Assembly: GCA_025594325.1 (NCBI GenBank)
Contig: JANHCV010000001.1
Location: 2,604,001 to 2,668,000 of the forward strand
DNA: 64,000 nucleotides
Source: Blastocladiella emersonii ATCC 22665
Taxonomy: Eukaryota > Fungi > Blastocladiomycota
Direction: 5' to 3'
Part shown: positions 22,449 to 33,851 of the stretch, piece by piece
Layout: every line of letters begins with the position of its first letter
Numbering within the stretch: the first letter of the stretch is position 1
Notes under the pieces: model-generated
What the model was told of the DNA's origin: nothing
Seen by the model: the letters and a program-made list of their open reading frames with translations, nothing else
Database searches by the model: none
Made by a program: the position numbers and the translations under genes

Positions 22449-25400
22449 CTACTCGGACAAGTCCACATCATCCTCATGCGCAACCGCATGCCCCGCGCCG
22501 CCCGTCGCCGTCGCCGACGCGCCAGCCGCCGCTGCCGCGGCCGCGGCCGCCGCGCGCTGCTGCTGCTGGTACACGAGCGAGTGGCCGGGAAACCCGGCGA
22601 TCTTGGGCGGCGACCCGACGACGGGCGGGCCGTCGGCCGCGAGCGCGGGCAGCGAGCTGAGGATCGCGGCCATGGACGGGAACCCGGGCTCGTGGTGGCC
22701 GTGCGCCGCCGGGTGGTGGTGGTGCCCGTGCGCGTGCGCGTGCGAGCCGTGGTGGTGGTGGTGGTGCGCGTGCGCGCCCTGGCTGCCGCGGCGCGGCGAC
22801 GCGGGCGTCATGGGCTGCTGCAGGTCCGACAGCGTGGCCGGGACCGCGACGGCGGCGACCGCGGGGAGCTGCGGCGGCGAGGTCGCCGTCGAGTTGAAAC
22901 CCGAGCCCAAGCCCGTAGCGTCGTCGGCGAACACGGACGTGCCCTTGGCGGCCTTGACGGGCGACTTGGGCGGGAGCTCGAGCGCGGCCGACGGCAGGTT
23001 GAGCGACGGCACGCGCGCGGTGTCGACGGGCGGCGGCTGCTGGAACATGTACTTTGCGGGCGACAGCGTGAGGAGCAGGTTGACGCCCTGGCCTGCGGCG
23101 GCCGCGACGCCGAGCCCGCCAGGGGACATGGGGCCCGCGGCAGCGGTGGTGCCGGCGCCGGCGGACATGGAGGGCGTGCGCGGGACCTTGGCGGCGGCGC
23201 TGCCCGACAGCACGAGCTGGAGCTCCTCGACGAGCGTGAGGTAGCGGTAGGTCATGCGGATCGAGGGCACGTTGGTCTTGTGGATGTCGTTGCCCTCGGG
23301 ACCGGGAACGTAGTACCGGCTGCCGAGCCAGCGCTGCTTGAGCTCGGCCTCCCACCCGCTCTGCAGCACCGAGTTGCGCGCGAGCTCGCACATGTCGACG
23401 GGCGACAGCTTGTAGATCTGCGCCGCGACCGAGTACTCCTCGATGAGCGGCTCCTTGGTGAAGTGGAACTGGAGCGGGTCGTCCGTCGACAGGCTGACGT
23501 TGAGCCCGCGCTGGAAAAAGTACGGGAACGGGTTGCGCTCGTACGTGAGGAACAGGGCGTTGTTGGACAGCGGCGACATGGCGATGCCGATCTGCATCAG
23601 GTAGTAGAGGTACTGCAGCGCGGGCACCTTGCGCAGCAGGATCCCGTGCGAGATGCTGTGCGAGGTGAGGAACGAGGACGTGAGGTGGTCCGTGTCGCCG
23701 GCCTCGCCGGCGTGCGGGCGCAGGACAAAGGTGTTGAACCCGCGCTCGCGGCGCCACTGGTTGAGCGACGTGATCTGCGCGTACATGTAGTACAGGTAGT
23801 ACGAGTAGGGCGGGTTGAGCGACATGGACCAGTACTTGGGGAACGGGTACTTTTTGTGGATGCGGCGCTCGGCCTTGGACTCGTCGTCGACGCTGTCGAA
23901 GCCGATGACGCGCTGGAGGAAGACGTGCAGCTCCGGGTGCGAGCTCGGGTCCTGCGTCACCTCGAACAGCGGCTCGAACACGTTGCGCAGCACCTCCTCA
24001 AAGTTCTGCACCGCGCCCGAGTGCTTGTACACCGTGTACAGGCGCGGCACCTGGATGAGCCAGCGCACGTTGTTGGAGAAGAGCTTGTTCTCGATGACCC
24101 ACTTGGCCAGCTTGTCCCACTCGTTCTTGGACCGGCCGTAGATGGAGATGCGGTACTCGGCGTGCTGGTACTTGGACGCCTCGAGGTCGGCAATCACCTC
24201 GGACGTGATCTCGGCGAGGTAACGGCCCTCGATGAGGTTGTCGTTCTTCATGAAGATCTCGCGCAGGCGCGACTCGCCGATCGGGTTGTACTTGAGGTTG
24301 AACTTGTCGAACCGGTGGAACGTGTCCTTGTGCGCGTGCATGTCGAGCGTGTCGATGGACAGGTCGTAGGCCGTCAGGTTGAGCGACGCAAACACCTGGG
24401 CCAGCGTCAGGTACTGGTTGTCGCGGTAGATGACCACGTCGTTGGGCGCCTTCTTCATCTTGGACTTGATGAAGCGCAGCAGGTGCTTCTGGTTCATGCA
24501 CGCCGAGTGGTGGACGTGCGTGTCGACCTTGCGCACGTTGTAGAAGTCGCGGTGCGGCACGCCCTTGGTCTCGGCCACCTCGCGCGACTCGTTGAGCAGC
24601 GCGTACATGTTGAACTTGGACTCGAGGTACCGCAGGCGCCGGTACGCAAACGACTTGGCGGGGCCCTCGGAGATGACCGAGATGATGAAGTCGAGGTCCG
24701 TGAAGTACTTTTTGATCGACGGCACGCGCGACCACGGCTTGCCCGCGGCCATGTCCTCGGCGGACCGGTACACGTGCATGACGCCGTCCTCGGTGGTCCC
24801 GTACACGAACGAGTGCTTGCCGGGGATCTCGACGTCGGCCATGGAGAACTCCTTGGGGCTCGGCGGCGGGTCGGCGGGCGCTGCAGCGGCAGCAGCCGTG
24901 GTGCCGGGCGCGGCCGCGTCGGCGGGGACCCAGGCGGGCGGCGGCGGCGGCGGGTAGATGTCCCACGAGGACGGGTGGTTCTTGGGGTTGTCGAACTCGC
25001 GCTGCAGCGAGATCTCCATGTACTCGTTGCGCAGGTCCATGCACCGCTTGAACTGGATCATGATGGCGCGGCACTCCTCGCCCACGTCGTACTGCAGCCG
25101 CGCCGACTTGTCGAACCAGTTGAACTCGGTGTAGTTGTGCATGCCGCGCGGCGGCGCCGTGCCGCTGGCGGGAGCACCACCGGGCGCGGACGAGGGCGAC
25201 GCGGCGGCAGCAGCAGCGGCCGCAGCCGCAATGGCGGCGGCGATGTTGGTGGGCCCACCGGCGCGACCGCCGACGTGGTCGTCGTCGTGGTCGTCGTGGT
25301 CGTCGGCCTCGGACTCGGACGAGTCGACGGCCGTGGCCGAGGCGATGGCGGTGCTGCGGCGCGAGCCGCGCGACTCGACGCGCGGGCGGCGGCCACGCGT

Positions 25401-25811
25401 GCTACCGGCCGCCTCGCTCTCGGCATCGGCGTCGCCGCCAGCGACCGAGTGCTCGTCGTCGGTGAACTGCTGCTGGGTCCAGAAGTGGCTGTCCTCCTAC
25501 GAGTCGGGGAGCGGGCGAGCCGGGTGAGCACTCGCGCGTTGGAGCAGACCACGCGCCGACGGGAAGCGTACCTGCTGCAGCTCCTTCTCGACCTTGTAGG
25601 TGAAGAAGGGGTCGGCGCTGCCGTTGAGCGGGGTGCCGATGACCACGCCGTGCGCGTCGTCCATCTGGAACGAGCCGTTCTGCGAGCCGCTGCGGTACAG
25701 GCCGGGCAGGGCCTCGGTCGAGCCGCCGGCCGAGGCGCTGAGCGTCACGCCGGGCACGCTGCTGTTGAGGCTGTCGCCGAGGCCGGGCGGGGTCGGGTCC
25801 GGCGAGGACAT
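22449..25811 (-). CDS. AMD1: AMP deaminase; intron near 25500-25571
   Basis: [58 protein letters not shown]. Confidence 0.97.
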
Positions 25812-26722
25812 GGTCGATTCGTCGGGCGTGAGGCTGACAGAGCGAGGAGAAAGAGAGGGTGTCAATCAAAAGCGGATACTCGTATGTATCATATCTTACA
25901 TGGACGGGTGCGGGTTGAGGGAGAGGAGAGGAGCAAGGGTGAGCGGGGAGCGAAGAACGACGGACGGGAGCGCGCGGGCACGCGAACGTGCGGCCGGGGA
26001 ACAAGAAAGAGGGACGGGTCGAGTCGGCGTGGGAACGAGGCAGGGACCACGGTGAAGCGGAGACGGGCACAGCGAGGCAGAAGCACGGCCGGGGGAGAGG
26101 GGACCGCCCGCTTTTATAGCGAGGGGATCGGGGAACGGACAGAGGCCCCACGCTGGCCAGGGTCCAGGGACGTGGCTGACGCTGCAACTGCCGCGGGCAA
26201 GCCACCGACGGGCGGACGCGAGCACAGGCTTCGAGATGCTCGGATCCCTCACCGCTCCGGTCGCGTTCCTACGTTCCCGCGACCACGACGGCTTCTCTGA
26301 CAACGCCGGCGGTCTCCATCCTCGTCCTCGAGGCCGTTGCAGCAAGTCAGGTCGCTGGCAACACCAGACGCGACTGAGCCTACGCGCCAAGGCTTGACGC
26401 GGCTGACGTGAGGTGCGGGTGACTCAGCCTCACATGATGCGTTGCTACGGGCTCACTGTGGCGCAGCGCGTCCCCGCCGCTCCCGCGCCTTGATCGTTGT
26501 TCGCGTAAGTGGTAAGGAGGTAACTGTAAATGCGCCTTCGCCAGGGAAACAGCAACCGAAGGTCTCTGCTGATCGAAGAGATGTTAAAACGCGCATTGAA
26601 ATGGCGTGATGGAACATGATGGCAAGTCGCGTCCCGTTTCTGGCGTTCGGCGCGTCGTCGTTGCTCGAGGCCGCTCCGCCTCGTCTCCTCCTCTCACGAC
26701 CCTAAATTGCATGTAACTTGCC

Positions 26723-28529
26723 ATGTTATCGAGCAACTCACCGCCGTCGCAGCCGTTGCAAAAACTGCGCGGAACCCCACTCGCCACTGGGCGTCCGCGT
26801 CCCCGCGTCCTGGGCGCGACTGCGGCGTTCCCCGAAGCGTTGCTCGTCGACGACCATCCACTTCTTGCTGTACCATCTGGCCAAGAGGACACATACTATG
26901 ATCGCCACAACATCCGGTCCGTGTCCAAGGGCGCGACCACGTTCCGGTCGCGTGCCCTCCGTATGGAGATGCTTGCTCTCATCACGGACGGTCTGAAGCT
27001 CCTCGTGTGCCGGCCTACCGCAACCTTTGACTCGCTAGACTATCTGGGTTCGCTCGTGTCCAATGCAATCGTTACATCGCCGAATAACGAGCTCCTCGAC
27101 CGTCGCCGCGAGTTCACCGATACCAATTACTCTGATCGGCACTCCATCCGCTCAGCACTTACTGCCGATGCACTCTCGAGTGGTCGCACGCTTGCTCAGC
27201 TGCTCGACGACTTGATTGCTTGGTATCTTCGCCAATGCTGCTCCGGGGCCCGAGGTTTCGGCGTTGACATTCCAATCCACCACGCGTCTCGCGGCACGGC
27301 CCGCTACTTCTTTCCCGTGGGGCTCATGATCACTTACAACGGTCGCAGCGATAAGTTCCATGTCGAGTTCAAACCGCTCGAACTCGAACGTGCTCGTCGC
27401 GCCCCGATATCCGCTGCATTACCGCCGGCTTTGCTGCAGCAGCTTGTCCAGCAATCAAGCATTCCGACACAGTCGACAGTTCACCCACCGGGTTCCTCGA
27501 CTGCTTCCTCTCGGACCGTGCCGACGACTCGATCTGCAACGTCCGCGCCATCGGCTACAGCTCTCGTCCAAGACCAGCGCCCGTCAGGTACGTGCTCCTC
27601 TCCTCGACCTACTGCTTCTACACGCGCTGACGACCTCCTGCTCAGTCACTCCACCGACGCCAGCTCGGACCGCGGATACAAAGAGACCCAAGATTACTCT
27701 CGTCGAGTGGAGCGACCCGCCGCCACGCCTTTCGCCAACGAAACGCACCGAACCGTCGACCAAGCGCCGCAAGGTGGAAATCGTCATGGTCGACGCGGAG
27801 GACGCTTCCCCTCTCATCGCTCCTTGTGCGCCTCGCGATCTCCTGCCAGCTGCTCTCATGCCTACTTCTTCGAACTCGGCCGCTACGACGGTGCAGGCCG
27901 CAGCGAACGTTGCACCACTGACGGATCTTGCCGCCGTTCCCGCTCTGCCTCAACCCAGTGCTTCGACCAGCAACGTCGAACCGCAGGACTCTCTCGCTGG
28001 CGCGTGCAATGCCCTGGCTGGTAGTTCCAGTGCCTCGAATGTTTTGCTTCCCGACAAGTCGCCCAGCAAGATCAAGATCAAGCTCGAGCCGATGGTGGCC
28101 GCTTCGCCGACGGTGTCCTCTCGCCCGGCGGTCATCGCGCCTTCTGCTTCACATGCTTCGAGCTCGGATCCGACTGCGACTCGCCTCCCGCTTCCCTTCA
28201 CAGCGCTTACCTGCATCGCCTCCGCGTACGCTGCAAACGACCGCCAGAAGCAGATTGCGGCCGCAAAGCACATTGCTTCTGCCGTTCACGGCCGCGACTG
28301 GGAGCTGTCAAAGCTCAAAGACTTTATCCAGCTGTACGCGGCCATCGACCAGCGGACTCCGCTCGACCAGGCCATGGCCACGGAGCTCGCCGACGTGTAC
28401 GACCTGTCCGGATTCAGTGTCGAGCGCTGCAAGGTGGCGGTCGACGAGGTTCTCGGTCATCTCACCATGCAGGACGCTAGCTTCTGGAACGTCGTGGCAA
28501 TGTGCACGGCGATGCTGCCCTCACCGTGA
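26723..28529 (+). CDS. Hypothetical protein, island paralog A (~582 aa after removing intron 27588-27645)
   Basis: GTACGT donor, GCTGAC branch site and CTCAG acceptor join ORF 26723 to ORF 27360 in frame. Globular N-domain, Ser/Pro linker and helical C-domain; AT-richer codon usage than neighbours. Confidence 0.7.
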
Positions 28530-28807
28530 CCTAATGAGCCGTTCGAACCCTTGACTTTGACAAACTAGCGCACACACACGACTTGAAAATAACATATCTG
28601 ATTCTGCTGGATCCGGAATCGTTACTCTGGTTCATTGAGCTGTGAAACGCGCCTGGGGACGCGATGGTCATGGGCACGCGCTCGACACCTGACGGATGAT
28701 TTGAAGCTCGCGAAGCGACGCGAGGCGCGTTTCCCGCGGTCGTCCGCGCCGCCTCTGCTCCTCTCTAGTCTTTGCGCCAATGTCAAACGAATGAAAAACT
28801 TTATGCA

Positions 28808-30427
28808 ATGAGCTCTACCGGCCCTGATCCGCACAATGTCGCCGCGGCGAAACCCCTGCGGACACACCTTGTCCCCGCAGCCCTCCAGCTGGGTTTCGAG
28901 CAACTCATGGCCGTTCCACCCGGAGTCGACCCGGCCGAATACTTCAGAACCAACTCGATCGTCGACATGAGCAGCTGGGCGAGCAAGCTGGACCCTCATT
29001 CTCTCATGGACGTGGCACTTGCACTCAGCAAGCCAGAAATCAACGTTGGTCTTGCGAATGTACTCGCTCCGGACGAGGGCACTTTCTCGAACCCCGACCA
29101 CGCAAACACCATGTATGGCTCAACGTGCGTAGTTGGCGTTTAGAAGCCGCCTCACCACGTCTTCCGGTGTTCCCTTGCTGCGGCGGACCCGGTCCATGAT
29201 TGTTTACTTCTCGACGCACCAAGACCTGCGCAACGAAGACTGCGCTCCCAGCTTGTGCGCGACTTTTTCATGCGCTATCTCGCCGAAACGCTCGCTGGAG
29301 CTCAAGGGTTTGGTTCCCTTCAACCCGTCAATCACGTCACTTTTGGTACACGGTGCTACTTTGCAAGCGCCGCACTTAAGGTGGCGCGTTTCTCGACAGG
29401 CAAGTATCTGCTGTCACCGGTTCTCACTCCAGAGTCAATTTCGCTCTCACCTGCTCAAAAAGTATCTGGACCTGCAAGCGGGGACACTTCAAGCGTTCCG
29501 CCTTCCCTGGCCTCGCCTTCACCAGCGGACGTTCCTCCCAATGGTTTGCCTCGAGACGTTATGCAGCTTGGTTCACTGGCTACAGCACCTGCTCGCGACG
29601 CGGATTCGAACGGCTCTCTTTTGTCTCCCGCTCTTGCTCGAGCCGCCGAAAGCAGCTCTCATATCGAGCCGAATTTCACCTCACACGACAGCCCGTTGAT
29701 TGCTCCGGCTTCTCAGCACAAGTCAGCGGCTGCGGCTGCGACCGCGACAACAAAGGTTGTTCTCGATGCAGCCAAGGTTGGTATCCCGCCCGCTTTTCTG
29801 CAGCTTTCTCGAGTGATTTCGCCACCTGATTGCTCGCCTCCGGGTGACGACGAAGCCGTGGTTTCCGCTGCTCCTCCTCGCTCCAAACGGCCTCTCAACA
29901 ACGATGACGAGCTGTGCGAGAATCTGCCAAAACGACCCCGGCCTGTCGCAGTTCCGGGTGACGAGCAGCTTCCCGCTTTACTGCCAACCAAGCCTTCGCG
30001 CACCGCTGTCGCCTCGAGCAGGCCTCCAAGCTCGTCAGCGAGCTTCAATGATTAGCATCCGTGTCCGCACCCAATCATCTCAATTCCGACCCTGGTCACG
30101 ATCGCCAAGGTATACCAGTGGGCGGGTCGCGACTCTACGACACGTGTCGCGCCGCTCATCATTCAATCCGTTGCTGGCCGCGACTGGTCGACGGGAATCA
30201 TTGAGGGCTACATTGGCGCGTTTGCTTCTGTCGAGAAACGCATCCCAACCACCCGACTTGACCGTTCGGGTGCCGCAGGCCTCGCCGATCTCTTTGAGGC
30301 CGCTCACCACGACATTGAAGCGACCATCGCTGCCTTTTGCCAAGCTCAGGCTGGGATGTCCATGTCCGACCTGCACTTCTGGGAGGTGGCGGCAATGTGC
30401 CTCGTTGTTTCCCCCTCGCTGATCTGA
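28808..30427 (+). pseudogene. Island paralog B (~539 codons) with two in-frame TAG codons (29141-43, 30053-55)
   Basis: One continuous reading frame that aligns by eye to paralog A on both sides of each TAG (LMAVPPG, GAQGFG..PVNH..GT.CYF, GRDW, FWEVAAMC). Pseudogene status not certain: introns or readthrough are possible. Confidence 0.6.
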
Positions 30428-30666
30428 GCTGGTGTGCCAGCCGTCCCGCAATACACTATATCCTGCACAGATGATGACTGGCTTTGATCCAACCGAGCGG
30501 ATAGTGCCGAGCAACCAAGGGGTCGTCTCACCAGATCCCCTGCGTCTCACAAGCTCGAACTTGGATGCGAGACGGTCACGTGAGTGGCACAACGCGTCGG
30601 TGCCGACGCGCCTTGACGCCTTTCAGTCTTCCGCTCTCCTAAAGCGCTCTCACCAACGCGATCATC

Positions 30667-31956
30667 ATGTCAGCTCATGCATCATCCCGCTCAGCCACGC
30701 CCGCAAGCGGTCTGAAGCTCAACGACGCCATCAACGGGGCGCTCGGCATCAGCGCTGACGAGGTCGAGCGTGCTCTCTCGCCCGCGCATGGAAGTCACGG
30801 CCATGCCGCTGACCTGTCCGGAGCTGCGACGCCGCCGCGCAAGCACCCGCCTCGGCAACGCGTCGGGTCCACCGCGTCGACCAACGGGACTGGCGGCGGC
30901 GGTGCCGGTGGGCACCACGCCATGTTCCAACTTCCCGGCGAGGACGCGACGACGCCCGGATCTGACTCGATCCTCGACGACGATTCACGCTTTCCGCCGC
31001 CGCTCGAGGAGGAGGATGTCGCTGAGGCGGCACCAGTCCCACGCCCGCCCGCAGGACCACCGACTCGAGCGGCGACGGGGCACGCTGTCGGTGGTGGTGT
31101 CGCGGTGGGAGTGGCGGCGGGTCGGACGGGTGCACGACTCGCTCGTGGCAAGAGCCCTGGTCCGGGGTCCCTGTCGACGCGGCACAACGCGCCGGAATCG
31201 AGTGCATGGACCGCGGCGGTGGTCGCCGCTGCAACGACGGGCCACCGCGACGGCTCAACCGTCTCGTCCAGCGAGTCGGTGGCGGCGAGCGACGCACACG
31301 CTGCGCAGCGGCCGATGGGTACCACCGCTGCCGTCCTGTTTCCCGGTGCTCCGCTGCTCGGCTCAAAGTCCCGCTCGCGCCAGCCGACGACGACCAGTAT
31401 CGCGAGCGCGGTCCTGACCTCGAGCATCCTCGCTGGTGACGGCGACACGGCCTCGATCGCGTCGTCCGACTCGCTGTCGCACGATCCGCTGTCGCACTCG
31501 GGCAACGGGTCCGTCGCCGCTGCTCCCGTGCACCATTCGCGCATCGCGACAGTCGCGCCGACGCTCGCCGACCGCGCGCACGCGGCGCGGACCGAGCTGC
31601 ACTCGCTCCAGGCCGCGGCGCAGGCGGCGCTGACCGAGCTCGAGCACACCGAGTCGGCACGGCGTGATGCAGAGGCGACGCGGCAGCGGGCCGAGCGCGA
31701 GGTCGAGACGGTCAACAAGAAGATTGAGGCGACGCAGCGCAAGCGCGGCGAGCTCGAGGCGCTGCTCGAGGCGCTGCGCGCGGAGAACGACGAGCTTGAG
31801 GAGCAGCTCAACGAGACGGCGCAGTTCCTCATCAAGCACCAACCTGACGACGGCGGCAGCGGTTCGCCCGCGGCGGTGCCGGGTCTGTTCAGTGGGGCGA
31901 GTGGTGGTGGTGGGACGGGAGCGAGGAGCCGGCAGGCGTCGCAGCTGGCTTCATAG
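30667..31956 (+). CDS. Hypothetical protein, disordered N-terminus with C-terminal coiled coil
   Basis: Host-like codon usage; heptad-rich segment ARTELHSLQAAAQAALTELE...LRAENDELEEQLNETAQFLIKH. Confidence 0.65.
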   Translation: MSAHASSRSATPASGLKLNDAINGALGISADEVERALSPAHGSHGHAADLSGAATPPRKHPPRQRVGSTASTNGTGGGGAGGHHAMFQLPGEDATTPGSDSILDDDSRFPPPLEEEDVAEAAPVPRPPAGPPTRAATGHAVGGGVAVGVAAGRTGARLARGKSPGPGSLSTRHNAPESSAWTAAVVAAATTGHRDGSTVSSSESVAASDAHAAQRPMGTTAAVLFPGAPLLGSKSRSRQPTTTSIASAVLTSSILAGDGDTASIASSDSLSHDPLSHSGNGSVAAAPVHHSRIATVAPTLADRAHAARTELHSLQAAAQAALTELEHTESARRDAEATRQRAEREVETVNKKIEATQRKRGELEALLEALRAENDELEEQLNETAQFLIKHQPDDGGSGSPAAVPGLFSGASGGGGTGARSRQASQLAS

Positions 31957-32079
31957 ATACATCTACATTACGTGCTTCATGGTTGCGTTGATTCTTTACA
32001 AAACAAAGTGGCATTGGCCATCAGCTCGCGAGCTCCGTTCGCTCTCAAGTGCCACGAACAATGAACATCCCACTTGTCT

Positions 32080-33087
32080 TCAGCTGTGAGCACCCCAACG
32101 ACCAACAAGTCGTGTTCCCATTTGCGCTGCTGCAAGCGGTGGGGGCTTTGATGGGTCTCGCCCGCGGAACGATCGAGGGAGCAAGCGGCGGTCCATGATC
32201 CTGCCAAACTTGGCCCTCATGATAAGGTTTGTCAAGGTCAAGGATTTGTGTACATAGTACAAGTGCAAGACCGTGTTCTTGTCAAAGTAGCCGTAGTTGC
32301 TGTTGATGCGGTTGATCCCGATGAGCTTGACGCCGACGGGGACGTGGCCGCAGTACTTGCACGGCAGCTTGAACTTGGCCTCGAGCTTCTTGCGGTCGGG
32401 CATGTACACGGGGATGTTGCGGGCGCGTGCGCCTTTGAGAAGGGCACGGAATCGATACCCGACCGGGTCGCGGAGAGTGTGCGCGCGGAACGACTTGCGC
32501 TTCATGTTGTGGTGGCGGATGCGCAGGCCACGGTCAGCGACGAGCGGGGCGCGCATGCGGTCGTTGGTGCAGTCAAGGCAGACGTCGCGCATGCGCGAGT
32601 GCTTGAAGGTGAACTTCTTGCCGTGGTCCTTCATCTTGTGGCACGACGCGCACGACTTGATGGGGCCGACGATTTGCCGGCGGACCGTGTCCGACGTTGA
32701 CGCCCCACCACCGGCCTTTTTGGCGCGCGCGTGGTTGCGGTTGCGCTCCGACGTGCAGCTGCAACATTTCGGGAGGAACGAGTTCTCGGCGGGGATGAAG
32801 TAGGCGCGCTTGAGCGGCGTGATCCAGCGCAGGAAGTAGCACGCCGGGGCGCCGTCGGGCGCGATCAGGTTGAACATGCGCTTGCGCTTTCCGTCCAGCT
32901 TGTTGCTTATGAACTTGTTGGTCTGCGCGAGCGTCGGCTGTGCGAACATGGTGTAGAGATCGAGCGAGTGGCGGGCCTCAGCGCCGGTGCGGAACCAGAA
33001 CACGGGCTCGGCCTTGCGGCACGCAAACGACCGGTTGGTGGCGAGCTTGGGCGAGCACGTGAAGAGGCCAATGAGCTTGTCGTGCAT
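32080..33087 (-). CDS. Phage/giant-virus-type HNH-like endonuclease with NUMOD1-like and CxxC domains; catalytic end degenerate
   Basis: ATG 33087 in CCGCCACCATG context, intronless. FRTGAEARHSL..ISNKLDGKRKR, CASC..CLDC, KGARARNI..LPCKYCG..GINRINSNYGYFDKNTV. Confidence 0.65.
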   Translation of the reverse strand: MHDKLIGLFTCSPKLATNRSFACRKAEPVFWFRTGAEARHSLDLYTMFAQPTLAQTNKFISNKLDGKRKRMFNLIAPDGAPACYFLRWITPLKRAYFIPAENSFLPKCCSCTSERNRNHARAKKAGGGASTSDTVRRQIVGPIKSCASCHKMKDHGKKFTFKHSRMRDVCLDCTNDRMRAPLVADRGLRIRHHNMKRKSFRAHTLRDPVGYRFRALLKGARARNIPVYMPDRKKLEAKFKLPCKYCGHVPVGVKLIGINRINSNYGYFDKNTVLHLYYVHKSLTLTNLIMRAKFGRIMDRRLLPRSFRGRDPSKPPPLAAAQMGTRLVGRWGAHS

Positions 33088-33851
33088 GGTGGCGGTGACG
33101 GTGGTCGCGGTGGCGGTGCGCGTGGGAGGTCGGCGGCGGCGCGCGCGGAGAAGGGCGTGGGGGGTAGGCCAGGTGCGCGCGAGCGGGGCGGCGAAGAGAG
33201 GCGAAGCTGCAGATGACGACCGAGTAGTGATGAGCTGCGCGCTGCTGGCAGGGGAAGCGGCTGAGAGCGCATCGGGCCAGCGGCAAGCGAGCAGCGGTGC
33301 TGTGGCGCTCGAACGCGTGTCACCTGCGCCCGGCTGCGCCACCACGCCTTTAACAGTCGGCCGGTTGCCGGTGCTCCGACCTGCAGACGGCACACCTAGA
33401 ACTGTCGCTGGTCGCAGTCCGTCCAGCAGTCCGTCCGACCATCCGCATCGGCAACGCGCCCGCGTCCCGCTTCGTTGGGCTGGCGCGATCTTCGATGCGT
33501 CCCTGTAGTCTCGCACTGCCGCCATCACTACGCTTCACACTGCTCGAAGGTGATGCTGTGGACTCGCTCGCGAGACGCGCGTATCCAGAACCGTGAATCC
33601 AGGCCTCCGACTCGACTGGGCCACCGTTGGCTGAGCCAAGGGGTACCGGTGCCCCCGCAACGCGCCATGTGATCTCAGGACGCGTGAAGTCGCGAGTGGC
33701 TTATGGCGACTCCTCCCGAGGAAGGGATATACCAATGAGCCAAGTGAGAGAGAGAGGTGTAGATGAAGAATTGATGGATGCATTCGAGTCCGAGACAAAA
33801 TCATCATGTCGCGCGACCCAAACATTCGACATGCCGACAGCCGGGATCTGC

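Noticed and set aside
22476-26300. 1,274-aa plus-strand ORF
   Set aside because: Antisense shadow of AMD1. The same applies to 13316-15223, 45165-47030, 52819-54825 and 54860-57163.
28541-28550. GTTCGAACCC B-box-like motif (tRNA or SINE?)
   Set aside because: No A-box, cloverleaf or poly-T terminator nearby.
26484-30616. Island as a MULE bounded by a CGCGCCTTGA duplication
   Set aside because: No terminal inverted repeats or transposase; a 10-bp match is plausible by chance between flanks this size. Kept only as a caveated note.
31957-33850. TIRs or LTRs around the HNH-like gene
   Set aside because: Only an 8-bp CATCTACA inverted match in AT-rich UTR sequence; not significant.
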